64,000 nt of DNA from Azolla caroliniana (GCA_043228905.1 JBHGNT010000015.1:4960001-5024000); one strand, 5' to 3'; shown: positions 1-13,998, counted from the first letter of the stretch. The notes: generated from the sequence alone by a model not told the origin. Numbers and translations are program-made.

Positions 1-294
1 AGTATGAGCTCTTTGAAATCTGTTTTTTATTTGGTATGACAAAGAAATGCACGTTTCCCCCTTTATAACTCTCAAAAAAGAAAAGAGTTACATAGTGTAG
101 ATATGTAACGCGTTCCTTGTGTGAACCCCTTTGAGACTATATTAAAAAAATTGCAAGTTTTGGGCGTCCAAAGGCCCATTTACCTAGAATGTGGACAGAA
201 AAACTTAACAAGTTAATCTTTACTCAACCCGAGGTTGTACTTTTCCCTGCTTAGTACGGATTAGCAGATCATCTTATGCACAAATATTTAACGC

Positions 295-937
295 CAATAT
301 TCTCAATGAGCGTTCTGATTATGTTGATTAGTCGTTAATGAATCCCTAGTTTGAATGTTAATCTCATCAAAGTCTGATGATAGATATAAATTTTCTGTAC
401 TTAATCATCACTGAAAGGGTAGCTTCATGATCATTGATCCCGAGGCAAGAAAGTTGATACAGAAGAAGACGATGATACAGTTTCACACTGCCATCTTCTT
501 CTTCTTCTTCTTCTTCTTCTTCTTTTTCTAATTCTTGTCGGGAGCGAGGAATCGGTATTCCAAGGAGATGAAGGCAATGACAAACCATGACAGTGTGAAC
601 CTTCTTTGTTTTCTTCTTCTTGCAAGTAACCAATATCAGTAGGGTTGTTATGATTAGACATTAATCATAACAATAATACTAGTAATACTCTCAGTCACAG
701 TTGGTAGAGTGATACATCTACTTCTAGTAGTACAGTTGTAGTACCAGTAGTTAGTATTATTGTTTTCTTCATCACCATCATCATCATTAAGAAGCTTATA
801 GTCATGATGAATACTTAATCATCGTCATCATCATTATGAAGATGATGATTATATTAAATGCTCTTGTGTTAACTAGATAATCAGATTTCCATTGTAATGA
901 CATCAAACCATGCATGAATTTGCAGTCTATGCATAGC
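295..937 (+). pseudogene. ERD4/OSCA paralogue fragment (copy A): intron 4 plus the first codons of exon 5
   Basis: 295-410 and 815-937 align by eye to the reverse complement of 41160-41395 (TTTGCAG|TCTATGCATAGC = S-M-H-S). 430-810 aligns to 22911-23015 plus 28776-29090 of copy B. Confidence 0.75.
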
Positions 938-2174
938 TATTTTGATATAGAGATTTTGATTATGTTGGCTATTTTGACAACAGAAAATCTACAACTAATA
1001 TACTTTTTCAGTTTATGGGAGGTGTCCATATCTTGGAGATCTCGTCTCCAAGAGTATATTGCTCTGTCTAGTACAGAAGCAGAGTATTGTTGGAGCTAGT
1101 GAGGAATCTAAGGAAGTGGTGTCGTGAGAATCCGTCACTATGTGCGGATCGTGAGATGGAACCGCCGGGGTTATGGACTGGAAGGAATTAGTACACACAC
1201 ACAACACAAGCAAGATTCACATATAAGACAAGTAGATGAGAGGAAACATACGTTTACTGCAAAAGAAATCGATTCTTGATAAACTTAGAATCATGTTACA
1301 ATGGATTGGATATGAAAATGAGAGATAAATCTTTTAAAGAAAGGAGCCAACAACCATATAAGGAGTGGTCCGATATGAATAAGAGAGATTATTCATGAAA
1401 GGAAGGAGCCAACAAACCTGTAAGGAGTGGTTCGATATCAATATAAGAGATTATTCTTCCACACGGAATTGGAGAGAGAAGAAGAGAATGGAAAAAAAAA
1501 CTAGAGGGAAAAAATGGGACATATATTGAGCTCTTTGTTGATCCCCCTTCCCAATGTTAATTTGCATGTCCACTTTTAGTTGGATGGCCTCTACTTTTAG
1601 TTGCATGCTTCCATTTTTAGTTGCATGCCTTTTACTTTTAGTTGCATGGCCTTGGCTTTTAGTTGCATGCGACCATATGTATAATTCAGCCAAATGACCT
1701 AATCATCCATAAAGTTTAGCCCGTGCACAATCCGTACGTGTGTCCTATCCAAGTTGTGCGTCACAAATCGCTGAGCCGCGTGCCTATCCGAACTGTGCAC
1801 GCACCAAGCCGTGTGTCGCGAACCGCCGAGCCACGCGTCCATCCGAGGTCGTGCACGCGCGCCTCCGCCCAAAAATGTCCACGCTGCCGTGCATGCCCAA
1901 AAACGTGCATACGCACGTGTGTCCAAAACGTCCACGCCACACAATTTAGCCCAAGTCACCTTGAACATTGTCTGCTCCACACATCAATATAATGAATAGG
2001 TTTTGGCTTTCTATATATATTGGGGAATCCAATGTTATCCTATCTATGTGGGATATCTCACAGTTTTGTTTTTTCCCTTTTCTCTTTAAACTTCTCACTC
2101 ACATAACTATGATACTTTTTTATCCATTTCATGCGTAGTAAAATACGTTCTGAAGCTCTCTTGAAGATATCTAT

Positions 2175-2220
2175 TGTGAAAGATTGCTTGCGGAAGCGTT
2201 AGAAAGAACAATACACAAAC

Positions 2221-2260
<40 letters not shown>

Positions 2261-2600
2261 CAGGACACACTATTTTCCAAAATTATATGAATACTCTATG
2301 CCCCCTATCTCTACAACGCGCTCATCAGCGCTATTTATACAAGTCCACACGGGACTGTTAGAAGTACAGTGTACTTCAATGCTCACATGAGCATCTGACA
2401 CTAACTACGAGACTATAACTGCCTAGTAGTCTAACCTATACTAGTCTTCCGGTTACGGATTGGATCCGGCATACCGGCTCCCCAGCTCACCGGTCCTTAC
2501 TGCTTACCGGCTCGGTTGCTCACCGGCATACCGATTCATCTCGCTTACTGGCTCAGGCTTATTCAGCCGATCCGGCTCCGGTTGAGCTTGCCGCTCAACA
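2175..2600 (-). repeat. 3' LTR of copia 2175-8495, with (GA)n tract
   Basis: Direct repeat of 8066-8495 with TG...CA ends. Confidence 0.93.
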
Positions 2601-4123
2601 CTTCCCCGCAAGCTCAACCTGAGGTAAGGTCGTAGTGTCAACCTCTATGGCAACCGGTTCTACCAACTGACTTCTCCTGGCGTCGCTTCGCCTTGCTCGC
2701 ACTCCTTGTCTGGTCTGGTCTCGTTTGCCGCGACCCCTTTGGTTTTGTGCGCCTCAACCTTCCGCATGTCTGCTCAATAGGCCCATCTCAGCTCCTTTGC
2801 TGCTATGACTTCGGCGCTTGCTGATCCGTCGGTTCCTCCGTGATGGCTGTCTCCGACTCGTTCCAGCTCTTGTCCGAATCGGTATCCTCCGATTCGATTT
2901 TCGGCTTGAGGCCTCTCACCACATCGGACCACGTCCGGGTCATGGCCTTCTCCATGCTTCCCTTGGCTTCTTCAACCGATTCACCGAAGTCGAATTCTTC
3001 TTTCGACTCCGCATCATGGCCATTACGATTGTGATGACCTCCGCATAACATGTACTTCTCTTCCTGAGTGTACACTTCTTCTTCACAGCCGCTCACTCCG
3101 ACCTGTTCGGATGTGCCATTTCCTTCGTCGACTCGGCTTCATTTTTCTTCTTGTCTTCACCTCTACCAGTTCTTCTCTTACCTACGGGTTCAACAGTTTT
3201 TTTGCCTTTGCCTGTTTCGATAGTGTCTTTGTCTTTGACCTTGCGTCTCCCCCTCAAGTGTGGCATGTCGAGATGTTGAACACCAAGCATTTCGATAAAG
3301 TGCTGCAACTTGTCTGACCCGAGCGGCTTGGTGAAGATGTCGGCAACTTGCCGATCTATGTGAACATACCGTAGTTCAACTTCACCGCTCAGGACCCGCT
3401 CACACACAAAGTGATAATGCACTTCTATGTGCTTTGTGCGAGTATGGAACACAGGGTTCTTGGCGAGCTGCATGCTGTTGAGGTTATCACAGTAGATCAG
3501 GATTGGGGTCGGTACCTCGATCCGCAGGTCTTGTAGTAGTCGCCAAAGCCAAATGGCTTCGTAGGTGGCAACGGTCGCGCCCCGGTATTCAGCCTCAGTG
3601 CTGGATAGAGCCACTGTTGGTTGCTTTTTGCTGCTCCACGCAACAATCGCGCTCTCAAGAGAGAAAACATAAAGCCGGAAGTTGAGCAACGATCCGTTGC
3701 ATCGCCAGCCCAGTCGGCATCCGTGTAGCCGACAAGCTCTTCGGTTATGGCTTGCCGGTATAAGAGCCCCCGGTCCTTAGTGCCGCTTACATAATGGCGT
3801 TGAGAAAGCAATATACCGTCGGGGGTGCGGATCACCTCGATCCCCAAAAAATAATGAAGGTCCCCCAAGTCCTTCATATCGAATGCGTCCGACAACTGGG
3901 ACTTGACACAGTTGATTTCCGGAAGACCTAGGCCGGTGATGACTAAATCATCAACATAGAGTAAGATACATACCGAACCGTTTGAGCCTTGACGGATAAA
4001 CAGGGAAGAGTCCGACTTAGAGGCAACAAACCCCATCTTTCGCAACCGGTGCGTGATCTTAGCATTCCAAGCACGGGGGGCTTGCTTCAAGCCGTACAAC
4101 GACTTCCTCAACTGGCATACCGC

Positions 4124-4896
4124 TGTCGTGCCTTTCGGCTCCAGATCGTTGCGTGAGTCGGGTGGAACCACTGAGGTTTTGGACTAGGAGAAAGAAGAAT
4201 ATGAGATGAGGCTATTAATGAATAGATTATTAGAAAGAGAGATAGAAATTTCGTGAATCCCACAAGTGTATTGTATTCGATTAATCAATATTTAGATAAG
4301 AATATGTATTTAGATTGAAAGAAAGATATAAGAAACTTGTGAATCCCACAAGTATAGATTATATTATTTTCGTGAATCCCACGATTATATTAATCGGTTG
4401 GTGTTTTCGGAAATATATCCAATTTCCAAATATTTCACACACCTATTACATTGTGCTCCTCATCCTTATATAGAGATGAGAGAGTCTTTTGCAACCCATG
4501 CGTTTTCTCTAATTATAGACTCCATGCTTTTTCTATAGATAGACTATATGCTTTATCTAAAGTGATCATGCTTTTTCTAACTTGTGCGTTTTTTTTTATT
4601 TATTGACTATAGTGTTCATGCACGTTACATGTGCATTTGTAGCTTTTTCTTTTATTATGCATTTTTCTAAAGTTTATCCTAGCGTGAACTTACGTTTCTA
4701 TATGGAACATCTACTTTTTAACACTAATAAAATGCTAGTGTAATGGTAAGACATTACATTATTAACGTGGAGGTGCAAGGTTCGAATCTTGCCCTATGCA
4801 TGTTATATATGTTTTAATATTTTCTACTATTTATTCATATTTATTAAATCGGTACTTTATATGTTTTTCATGTAGTGTACGAAATACACTACGACA
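4124..4896 (-). mobile_element. Solo LTR (Gypsy, 4-bp-TSD type) inserted in the copia RT
   Basis: TGTCGT...ACGACA ends and TSD CCGC (4120-4123, 4897-4900). The sister copia is uninterrupted at 25125-25140. Orientation inferred from similarity to the 1120 end and a TATA near 4465. Confidence 0.85.
4734..4800 (+). promoter_or_regulatory. tRNA-like Pol III A-box/B-box module inside solo LTR
   Basis: TAGTGTAATGG ... GGTTCGAATC at tRNA spacing, with a GCAAG/CTTGC T-arm. No acceptor stem. Confidence 0.6.
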
Positions 4897-7800
4897 CCGC
4901 TGACTTGTTCACCTCCGACTGAAATCCAGGGGGCTGAGTCATAAAGACTTCTTCACATCCATCTGATGAAGATGCCACCCCCTTGCCACAGCAACCGCCA
5001 GTACCACACGAACCGTCGTCATCTTCGCTATAGGAGCGAAGGTCTCGTCGTAGTCGATTTCGCGAGTCTACGCATATCCCTTCGCCACTAACCGGGCCTT
5101 GTACCGGTTAACTGTACCGTCAGCATTGTACTTTAGCTTGTACACCCATTTGCATCCCATTGGTTTACAGTGATGGGGAGGGTCAACCAGGTCCCAAGTT
5201 CCGTTGGCATCTAGTGCCCACATTTCTTCCTCCATAGCGGCACGCCAATTTGCGTCCTTTGCCACTTCTGCATAGCTCTCCGGCTCACGCACTTCCACGA
5301 CCTTGGTCATGTACACATAATGATGCGCCATGTACTCGTTATACCCGTACCGTTTAACGGGATCCTTTTGGCGGGTGGACCGGCGTAAGTCACCGTTACC
5401 TGGTATGAGACCCTTCTTGGCCGGTTCGGTCTTCGTTCCCGAAGATTTGCCTATGTCCTTGTCGAAGTTAGATACGCACCGATCCGACTCATCATTGCCG
5501 GTCTCGAACTCCGGCATCTTCTGCTTCCCTTTCTCTTTGCGTGGGAACTGTCTCCTCGGTTCCTTGCGCGGGGAGAGCACGATAGAGTCTCCACTACTCG
5601 CCGTCTCATCATCCGACTGGTTGGATTGATCCTGTCTCTCATTCGGTCCACTTAACCAGAACGATTCCGGACTCTCATCTTGAGTCCCGACATCATCTTT
5701 CTCTACCTGGGCCGGTTCAGGCTCACTAGCCCCATCCTCCGACATCGGGTCAGAATCGGAAGTCGGAGTTGGTAAGGAATACCACGATGCCGATTCATCA
5801 AACTCGACATCTCGGCTGACTCAGACCTGCTTCCTCCAGTGGTTATAACACTTATACCCCTTTTGCTCTTGAGCATAGCCGACTAGGATGCACTTTTCTG
5901 ATTTTGCATCCAGCTTTCTTCGCTTCTCATTCGGCACATGTACATAGGCTATGCTGCCGAATATCCGGAGGTGTTTCAAATTCGGCTTGCGCCCGAAATA
6001 CAGCTCGTGAGCTGACACCTTGTCCCCGATCCGGTTTTGGATGTAAACGGCCGTTTGAACCGCCTCCGCCCAGTAGAACTTGGGCATGCTCTTTTCCTCC
6101 AGCATTGCTCTAGTCATGTCAATCAGCGACCGATTCTTCCTTTCGGCCACACCATTCTGTTGCGGTGTGTATCTGCAGTTGAATTCTCGCCAAATTCCTT
6201 TTTGTTGTAGATAGTTGTTGAATTGGCTGGAAAAGTACTCTTTTCCGCCATCCGACCGTAGGCATTTGATCTTCCTCTCCGATTCCCGTTCCACCATCTT
6301 CTGGAGGCTCCGGAAACACTCGAAGACTTCGTTCTTCCGCTCAATGAGGTAGATCCACGTATGCCGCGTGTAGTCGTCGATGAAGGAGACGAAGTATCAA
6401 CTCCCGCCAATGCTAACATTTTGTGCCAGTCCCCACACATCCGAATGGATAAGATCGAGCTTGTTACGGCTTCGATTTCTTTTAGCGGGGAATGGAAGCC
6501 GGTGTTGCTTCCCGAGTTGGCAGGCTTCACAAATCTGGGTTCTCCGGCCGCTAAATTTCGGCAAACCGAAAACGACTTGTTCAGTTTGCAGGTCTGGAAG
6601 CCTTCGGTAGTTGACGTGGCCGATCCGCTTGTGCCACAGGTCGATATCCGACTCGACCTTCTATCCTTTGGCGAACAGTGCGGTGCCGACATCATTGGTG
6701 TTGAGGATAAACATTCTCCCATCTCTGCACCCACCCGAGGTGCGTAAACCGCACCTACATCCCCTGGTCGACGATCTGTCCGACCGAGACCATGTTCTTC
6801 GTGATTGTCGGAACATGTAATACATTCATCATCTTCCCCCTCTGTCCGAGGTGGCTCAAAGGGACTTCTCCCACGTGCACGATCGGGTGGGGAGTGTAGT
6901 CTCCGGTTTCGACAACTGCCGGTTGATCCAGCTTCTCCAAAAAAGAGAACCACTCCTCGTGGCTCGTCATGTGGTTCGATGCGCCGGAGTCAACGTACCA
7001 CACTTCCTCTGATTTGGAAGTGGTCTTCTTCATTGAGTTTGCCTTGTGCTTCATCACAAAGGCTGGCCCCTTACCGTTCTTGGATCCTCCCGATCCGTTT
7101 GCGTAGTGCGAGCTTTGACGGCTAGCCTTACCGGTCTTGCCAGATCCGGATTTGTCCGAATCGGCACGCTTTCTCCACCACTCCCTTTCCCTGTGGCCCG
7201 TTTTGCCATAGTACCAGCATTCCGTAGCGGATTTGTGTTGCCAGCCTCTGGCACCACCTTGACTCCCCCTGCTTGTGGAAGTCCCAGAACTGCTATCGGT
7301 ACGCTCACTATGCCTTCGTTCCTACTCTTTCCGGTTACCTCCATTGCGTGCCGACCTGCCTTGTCCACCATGCCCGCAGGACCGATCCGCTCCCGTGTAC
7401 AACATCCGACGGTCTGGGGATGCACTGGTAGATGCACCGGCGTGGTTCTCCTCTACAAGGAGCATCAATTGTAAGTCGAAAAATGAGGGTGTAGTCTCCC
7501 TTGTACAAACCGCAGTCCGGAAAGCTCCGAACTTGGACGCCAGGCCTCCAAGACAGACCTGCACCATCTCGTCTTCCTCTATTGGGACGTTAATAGAGGC
7601 AAGCGAGTCACAGATCACTTTGATCCGGGTTGTGTAATCTGCCACTGACATGTTCTTCTGTCAAACATTGCTCAACTTCTGTCTGAGTTGCAGCTTCCAG
7701 GCAGTGGTGCTTGCGGCGAAAACCTTTTTCAAGTTTCCCCAAGCATCCTTCGGTGTCTTGGCGTCACCGATATGGCTGAGCAGCTCGTCATCGACACTAG

Positions 7801-8065
7801 ACGCGAAGCAGTACATCACCCTGCTTGCCGCCTGTTCCCACACTGGGAAGTCCTTGTGTGTCGTCTCCGGTGCTGAGTCGTTCACTCCGTCGACATAACT
7901 CCAGTAGCCATGCCCAAGCAGGTACTGGTGCATCTTGTATGACCAAGAGGCGTAGTTGGTTCTATCGAGCTTCTCCTTTTGTGTCTGTTTTCCGATCTGT
8001 TAGGGTTTCCTTCACAAACGTAGATGTCTGCAGCAGAGGTTCTCAACCCACGCACTCTGATACCA

Positions 8066-8495
8066 TGTGAAAGATTGCTTGCGGAAGCGTTAGAAAGAAC
8101 AATACACAAACAGGGAGAGAGTACACGGGAGAGAGAGAGAGAGAGAGAGAGAGAGCAGGACACACTATTTTCCAAAATTATATGAATACTTTGTGCGCCC
8201 TGTCTCTACAACGCGCTCATCAACGTTATTTATACAAGTCCACACGGGACTGTTAGAAGTACGGTGCACTTCAATGCTCACACGAGCATCTGACACTAAC
8301 TACGAGACTATAACTGCCTAGTAGTCTAACCTATACTAGGCTTCCTGTTACAGATTGGATCCGGCATACCGGCTCCCCAGCTCACCGGTCCTTACTGCTT
8401 ACCGGCTCGGTTGCTCACCGGCATACTGATTCATCTCGCTTACCGGCTCAGGCTTATTCAGCCGATCCGGCTCCGGTTGAGCTTGCCGCTCAACA
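8066..8495 (-). repeat. 5' LTR of copia 2175-8495
   Basis: Direct repeat of 2175-2600; followed on the minus strand by PBS TGGTATCAGAG. Confidence 0.93.
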
Positions 8496-11400
8496 TCTAT
8501 CTTTCCATATCAATACATTAAGGTAATCTTAAATAATTATTTTACTAGTTTTCATATCGTGTGTGAAAAACCACACGACATCGGTATCATTTTGTAGATT
8601 AGATGTATCGTTCTATGACAATCACAGTGTCGTTGCATTGGCTAAAAACCTAGTATACCATGCATAAACCAGGCAGATTAGAGTGTGATACAATTTCATT
8701 CTGTGAATTTCATTGTAAAAATGTGATCCAAAAAGGCCAGCTGTATCTAATTTAAGAATTTTCTGTGTTTTCTATCTCTGATTCAAACATATGAGATTCC
8801 TTATGCATTTCATGTGTCTCATCATAATCTAACTTTGCTTTTTCATTCAATTTGTTGGAGAGGAGCCGTTACTTTCCTCTCTGCTACTCTGATTTTGTTT
8901 CTAATATTGCTTTGGAGCCTACTTCATTTGCCTGTACATGGCAATCTTGTGCGTGCCCGCGTTGCTTCCTGTTTCCATAACAAACTAGAATTTCGAGCTT
9001 CAGAGAGCCAAGAATTTGACGGTTGGATCTGTTAGAATATTAAAAATAAGAAGTTATTAGAAATAGGAAATATATCATAAATAAAGAAAATAAAACTAAC
9101 TAATGTAACCACCTATTACGTGACTTTTGTTCACACAACCATTGGTTAGAAAGTTACCTTTATGTGAGATGTAATCACAATGAACATTCCCATTACAAGC
9201 TTCCCTATGATCTCTATTGCCTATAAAATGTAACATCTACCATGAACACATGTAATTCTTCTTTCTTCATAATATATTAAGTCATATGTATCCACTTGTT
9301 ATTCTTTGTTAGATAGTGCTTTAAATCCCTACATGGTATCAGAGCCCTTTAATAGGAATTAAGGAACAACCATCAAGAAGATCGATCCGGAAGATCTACG
9401 AAGATGGAGTCTAACACAAGTTCAACAAACCAAACAACGTCCATGACAAGAAAGTACACCATGGAGAAACTCAATGACAAAAATTATTGAATGTGGAAAT
9501 TAAGGATGAGTTTAATCCTCAAAAGAGCACAATTAATCAACATTGTGAAAGGTAAAATACCACAACCTAAAACCACCCCAGAATTGGAAGAATGGAAAAA
9601 TAAAGATTTAGATGCACACATGGAATTGGTTATGCATCTAACTGATGAACAAATAGATTTAGTAAAAGATTTAGAAACATCAAAAGAAATATGGGATGCC
9701 TTGAAGGAACGCCACGAACCCTCGGACAAAACAACAAAGATTAACACTTTGAGACACCTTGTCACATTGGAAATGGAAGAAAGTGAAGGAATTGACACAT
9801 TCATCAGAAAATGGCAGTTGGCCCTCGAGCAAGCATTATCAGCTGGTAATAAAATTGATAAAGATATGAAATTCGATTTAATTTTGGGTGCTTTACTAGA
9901 TTCGTGGGACACCTTTGTTACCACACATGGAAATGATGACACTTCGAACATGAAGAGTATGTTCCTAAAAATGAAAAGAGAAGAGATTCGAAGAATAAAG
10001 GGCAAGGCGAAACACAACGATGGATCAATGGCAATGAGCGCGATTACAAGATTTCAAAAATCTAACTTCTCAAAGCCAAGATTTCAAAAGTTTCAAAGGT
10101 CATACAAGCCAAATCAACCATCAAAGCAAGGAGCACTCAATGTTTCTACAATCATATGTAGATATTGCAACAAAACGGGACACATGGAAGAGAATGTCGC
10201 CGGAAGCAATATGATCAAAGAAACAAAGGTAAACGATACAATGCCCAAGCACATTCTGCATTAATACCTAATGAAGAAGAATATACATCGTTCATACAAG
10301 CATTCGTGTCAAAAGTACAAACTCACAAAATTCAAATGGAAAGATTATGGTACTTTGACACTGGAGCCACCCACCACCTCACCCATAGTCGAGAATGGTT
10401 ACATAATTATAAACCACTCCATCATCCACTTAAGGTACGCTTCGGAGATAATGGTATGAAGTTAGCTCTTGGAAAATTTACAATTTATCTATCAATAAAT
10501 AACAAATCGAAAATTACAATCTTGAATGTTTACTTTGTCCTCGGCTTAGCAAAGAACTTACTATTTGTAAGTGAGGCTACATTAAATGGAACAATAATCT
10601 AATTTCATTACAATTGTGCTATAATTTGTTACAAGTTACCTACGGTGTCGTGTGGTTTTTCACACACAATATGAAAACTAGTAAAATAATGATTTAATAT
10701 TAGCTTAATGTATTCATATAGATAGGTGTCTTCAAGAGTTTCATAGCGCATTTTACTACGCATGAAACGGATAAACAAGTATCAAGCTATGTGAGTGTGA
10801 AGTAAAGAAAAGAAAAGAAAAGACAAAACTGTGAGATATCCCACATAGATAGGACAACATTGGAACCCAGCATATATAAGGGAAACCAAATCATATTCAT
10901 TCTATCAATGTGTGGAGCACAGAAAGTTCAAGGTGACTTGGGCTACACTATGTGGAGTGTACGCTTCAGGCGTACGCATGTGTGCATGGTTGCGTGGATG
11001 TTTTCGGATGTATGCGCGTGTGCAAGTTTCGGGCGTATGCGTGGACGTTTTGGACACATGCGTACACTACTACGTGCTCGGGACTTTTGCGCGCGGACGC
11101 GTCTACGGTTTGGTTGCAACGCACGTATGGATTGCGCACGTGCTAAACTTTATGGATGATTGTGTCATTTGGCCGAATTATACGGACAATCGCATGCAAC
11201 CAAAAGCCAAGGCCATGCAACTAAAAGTAAAAGGCATGCATCTAAAAATGGAAGCATGCAACTAAAAGCAGAGGCCATGCAACTAAAAATAGAGGCCATC
11301 CAACTAAAAGTGGGAATGCAAAGTAACATTGGGGAGGAGGATCAACGAGGAGCTCGATATATGTCCCATTTTTTCCCTCCTAGTTATTTTTCCCCCTTTT

Positions 11401-11775
11401 TTTTCTTCTTCCCTCTCGGATTCAAGAAAGAAATTATCTCACATATTGATATCAAACTCCTAGCTTTCTTTACTTGATCTTTCTTGTAAAAAAGTATCTC
11501 TCGTATTCAGATCAGACCACTCCTTGCATGGTTATTGGCTCCTTTCTTTGAAAAATTAATCTCTCATTTCCATACCCAACGCATTGTAACACGATTCTAA
11601 AATTACAAAGAATCGATTTTCTTTTGCAATAAACTAATGATTTGTCTCTCCCACCTGTCTTATGCTTAAAGTTCGTTTGTGTTGTACATGTTGCTCTAAA
11701 TCCTTCTAGTCCAGAACCCCAACGGTTCCGTCTCACGATCCGCACATAGTGACGGATTTTCACGACATAATTAAG

Positions 11776-11792
11776 TGGTGAACCCAACGTGA
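11776..11792 (+). other. Primer-binding site complementary to the tRNA-Trp 3' end
   Basis: TGGTGAACCCAACGTGA versus expected TGGTGAACCCGACGTGA (recalled plant tRNA-Trp end); lies 8 nt downstream of the 5' LTR. Confidence 0.75.
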
Positions 11793-13998
11793 AAAAGCCA
11801 GTTGGAAGGATATCAAGTGCAACAATGGCTTCAACAAGCGGAACTCAAGGAGAGGAATTAACGAAAGGTATGGTGTCCGTAGTGGAATACATGCTGAAGG
11901 TGAGAGATTGAGAAGCTTTAATCGACAAAGCTATTGATCGTACGGTCGAGATAGCTGCACGATTTGGTGGCAAGAACATCACGGATTTTCTTGCTACTTA
12001 TCGGAACGAGATGCAACAAAGGGATGTTAATGATTTCAAACAAATTTCTAGCTTCAAACGTGTGGTGGAACCACGGATCCACAAGCGCATCATGGAGATC
12101 CAAAGCGAGCATGCAACTTTGGCGGAGTTCGAAAAGGTGCTTCTCGCTGAATACATGCTTGAAGACACATCGCGGATGACTCAACATACGCTAATGTCTT
12201 GGATCGAGAAGAAAGGGAAGAATATGTGTGCGTCTGGAGTATATGCCGAATTCGACTAGAAGTATAACCGACTTCCGAGTGTTGATCAACGAGTTCTCGA
12301 TGTAGATAAAGTCCTACTATTCTTGAAGGCAATGGATGCGAAAGATTGGCGTGAATTGGGTAACTTTTTGGAGGATTAAACACAACCAAATGGCTTGGTA
12401 GCGGACTGGGCGGCGGTGAAGAAGGCTTGTAGCAGTCTTGATAAGCGTTGACAATGGCAAGAGGAAACTGATATGGAGAATCCACAATCATGGAGGAGGA
12501 AGGCACCTGTGACGATTGAGTCTAACAAGCCGATCAACAATTTCGACAAGAAAGCGATGGAGGAATCTATAATTGAAGAGCTCTCCAAGAAGTTTGAAGC
12601 GGTATCGCTGGCCAACTTAGGTCGACACGGGCCGAAGGGAAAAGAAGCGTATAGATGTGTGTGGTGCGACAGTTTCGAACACTCGCAAAGGGAGTGCACG
12701 GACTTGCAAGACGCAAATCGCAAGAATGTCATCTATTTGGATGGCAACATGATCCACTCGAGTGAGACCCGGAAGCCACTACGAGTGAACTTCAGAAGAG
12801 GCAGGCTGAAAAAGATCGTGGAAGAGGAAGATGCAAGGCATGTGGAATCCATGCACTACGCCACATCGGCGGGAATACGAGTCGGAAGAGAGAATCTAAA
12901 GACGATCAAACCGGGAGTTGGGCTTTGGCCAATGGTATTCAAGTGTGAAAAGAAGGGAAAAATAGATTTGGAGGATCTCAAACATGCTGATCAGAATGTG
13001 CGACGAGTAACCGGATGGTCGGATCCAGTCGACGATAACACAAGCTTTGCAGAGGTTTTGTGTGACAACTATGAAGCTCTTGTTGAAGAGAAGAGGAAAA
13101 GAACTGGTGAAGAAGATGGCACCTCAAATTGTCACAATACAAGGAATGCAGGGAAAGAAGGACAAGCCCAACCTACGCCACAAAAAGAGATAGGAGAAAC
13201 AAGCATGAAGCCCAGTGGATCGAGCCAACCTTCTCGGATGGAAGTCGATGAATTTGTGAAGAAAGGAAAGGAACGAGTGGCGCCGACTTACAAGCTAAGG
13301 TCGGACATAGAACAAACAACCAATTTGCGGAAGGTCCTTCAGGAGAAAGTTTTAGACAGTCATGTCGACCTTACTTTGAGAGAGCTACTTGGGATCGCTA
13401 TAAAGGAGTTCCACGATACTATCGTGGACTTGATTAAGCGGAAGCGGCAACAATCGGATGAATAAGAGGTGAAAACCAGTGCCATAACCATGGCAAGATC
13501 CGAAGAGGAGGAGGAAGAAGAAGTGATGGCGGACAGCTATTACTCTCGGCCTCATTGGGCAAGAGCGACAACGGAGACGCCGGTGAAGATCAGAGAGAAG
13601 AAGGAGATCGTGGTAGCCTTGATTGACCATGGTTCGGAGATCAACCTCATGTCGACTGAATTCTACAAGAAAGGAAGATGGCCGATCAACACAAACCACG
13701 GATGGAAGATACGAGCGGCAACGAAGGCCACGGAAGACTTGTACAGAGCTTGCCCCAATGTTAAAGTCACAATCGAAGATGTGGAGATGGATCAACACTT
13801 CTTCATGCAAGACTCGGCTTCACATCCCGTTATCCTAGGACAACCATATATCACATCGTCCCGGATGGAGACTAAGGTGTTCGAGAATGGAGCAGCCTTC
13901 GCGCGAGTCAAGAGCCTTGACAATCAAAGATCTGTTCAATTCCTTACGGTGTGGGCTATTCACGAAAGGAACCTAGATAGCCTTGGAGGCGAATCCTC

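Larger units (their letters stand above)
2175..8495 (-). mobile_element. GC-rich Ty1/copia LTR retrotransposon, degenerate (gag-PR-INT-RT-RH with stops and deletions)
   Basis: LTRs 2175-2600 and 8066-8495, TSD TCTAT, tRNA-iMet PBS 8054-8065, PPT next to 2601. Motifs WYVDSGAS, IKCLRSDGGKEY, LLYVDDL, KHIEVHYHF. Confidence 0.95.
1120..8580 (-). mobile_element. Solo LTR of the 10646-18730 Gypsy family (pieces 1120-2174 and 8496-8580), interrupted by a copia element
   Basis: TGTCGTG...CACGACA ends; reverse-complement match to LTR 10646-11767; degenerate 4-bp TSD GTGG/TCGG. Confidence 0.85.
938..8700 (+). mobile_element. Degenerate Ty1/copia RNase H relic, split by the solo LTR at 1120-8580 (pieces 938-1119 and 8585-8700)
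   Basis: Left piece reads ISWRSRLQEYIALSSTEAEY. Right piece continues FYDNHSVVALAKNLVYHA*TRQIRV*YNFI, matching the copia DNQSA..AKNPV.H.RTKHI motif. Confidence 0.75.

Noticed and set aside
367-661. Poly-Glu and poly-Arg ORFs
   Set aside because: These are translations of a (TTC)n microsatellite in intron-derived sequence.
1116-8584. Ectopic recombination between two elements, suggested by mismatched flanks GTGG/TCGG
   Set aside because: The copia RNase H reading continues across the solo LTR, so the TSD has simply decayed.
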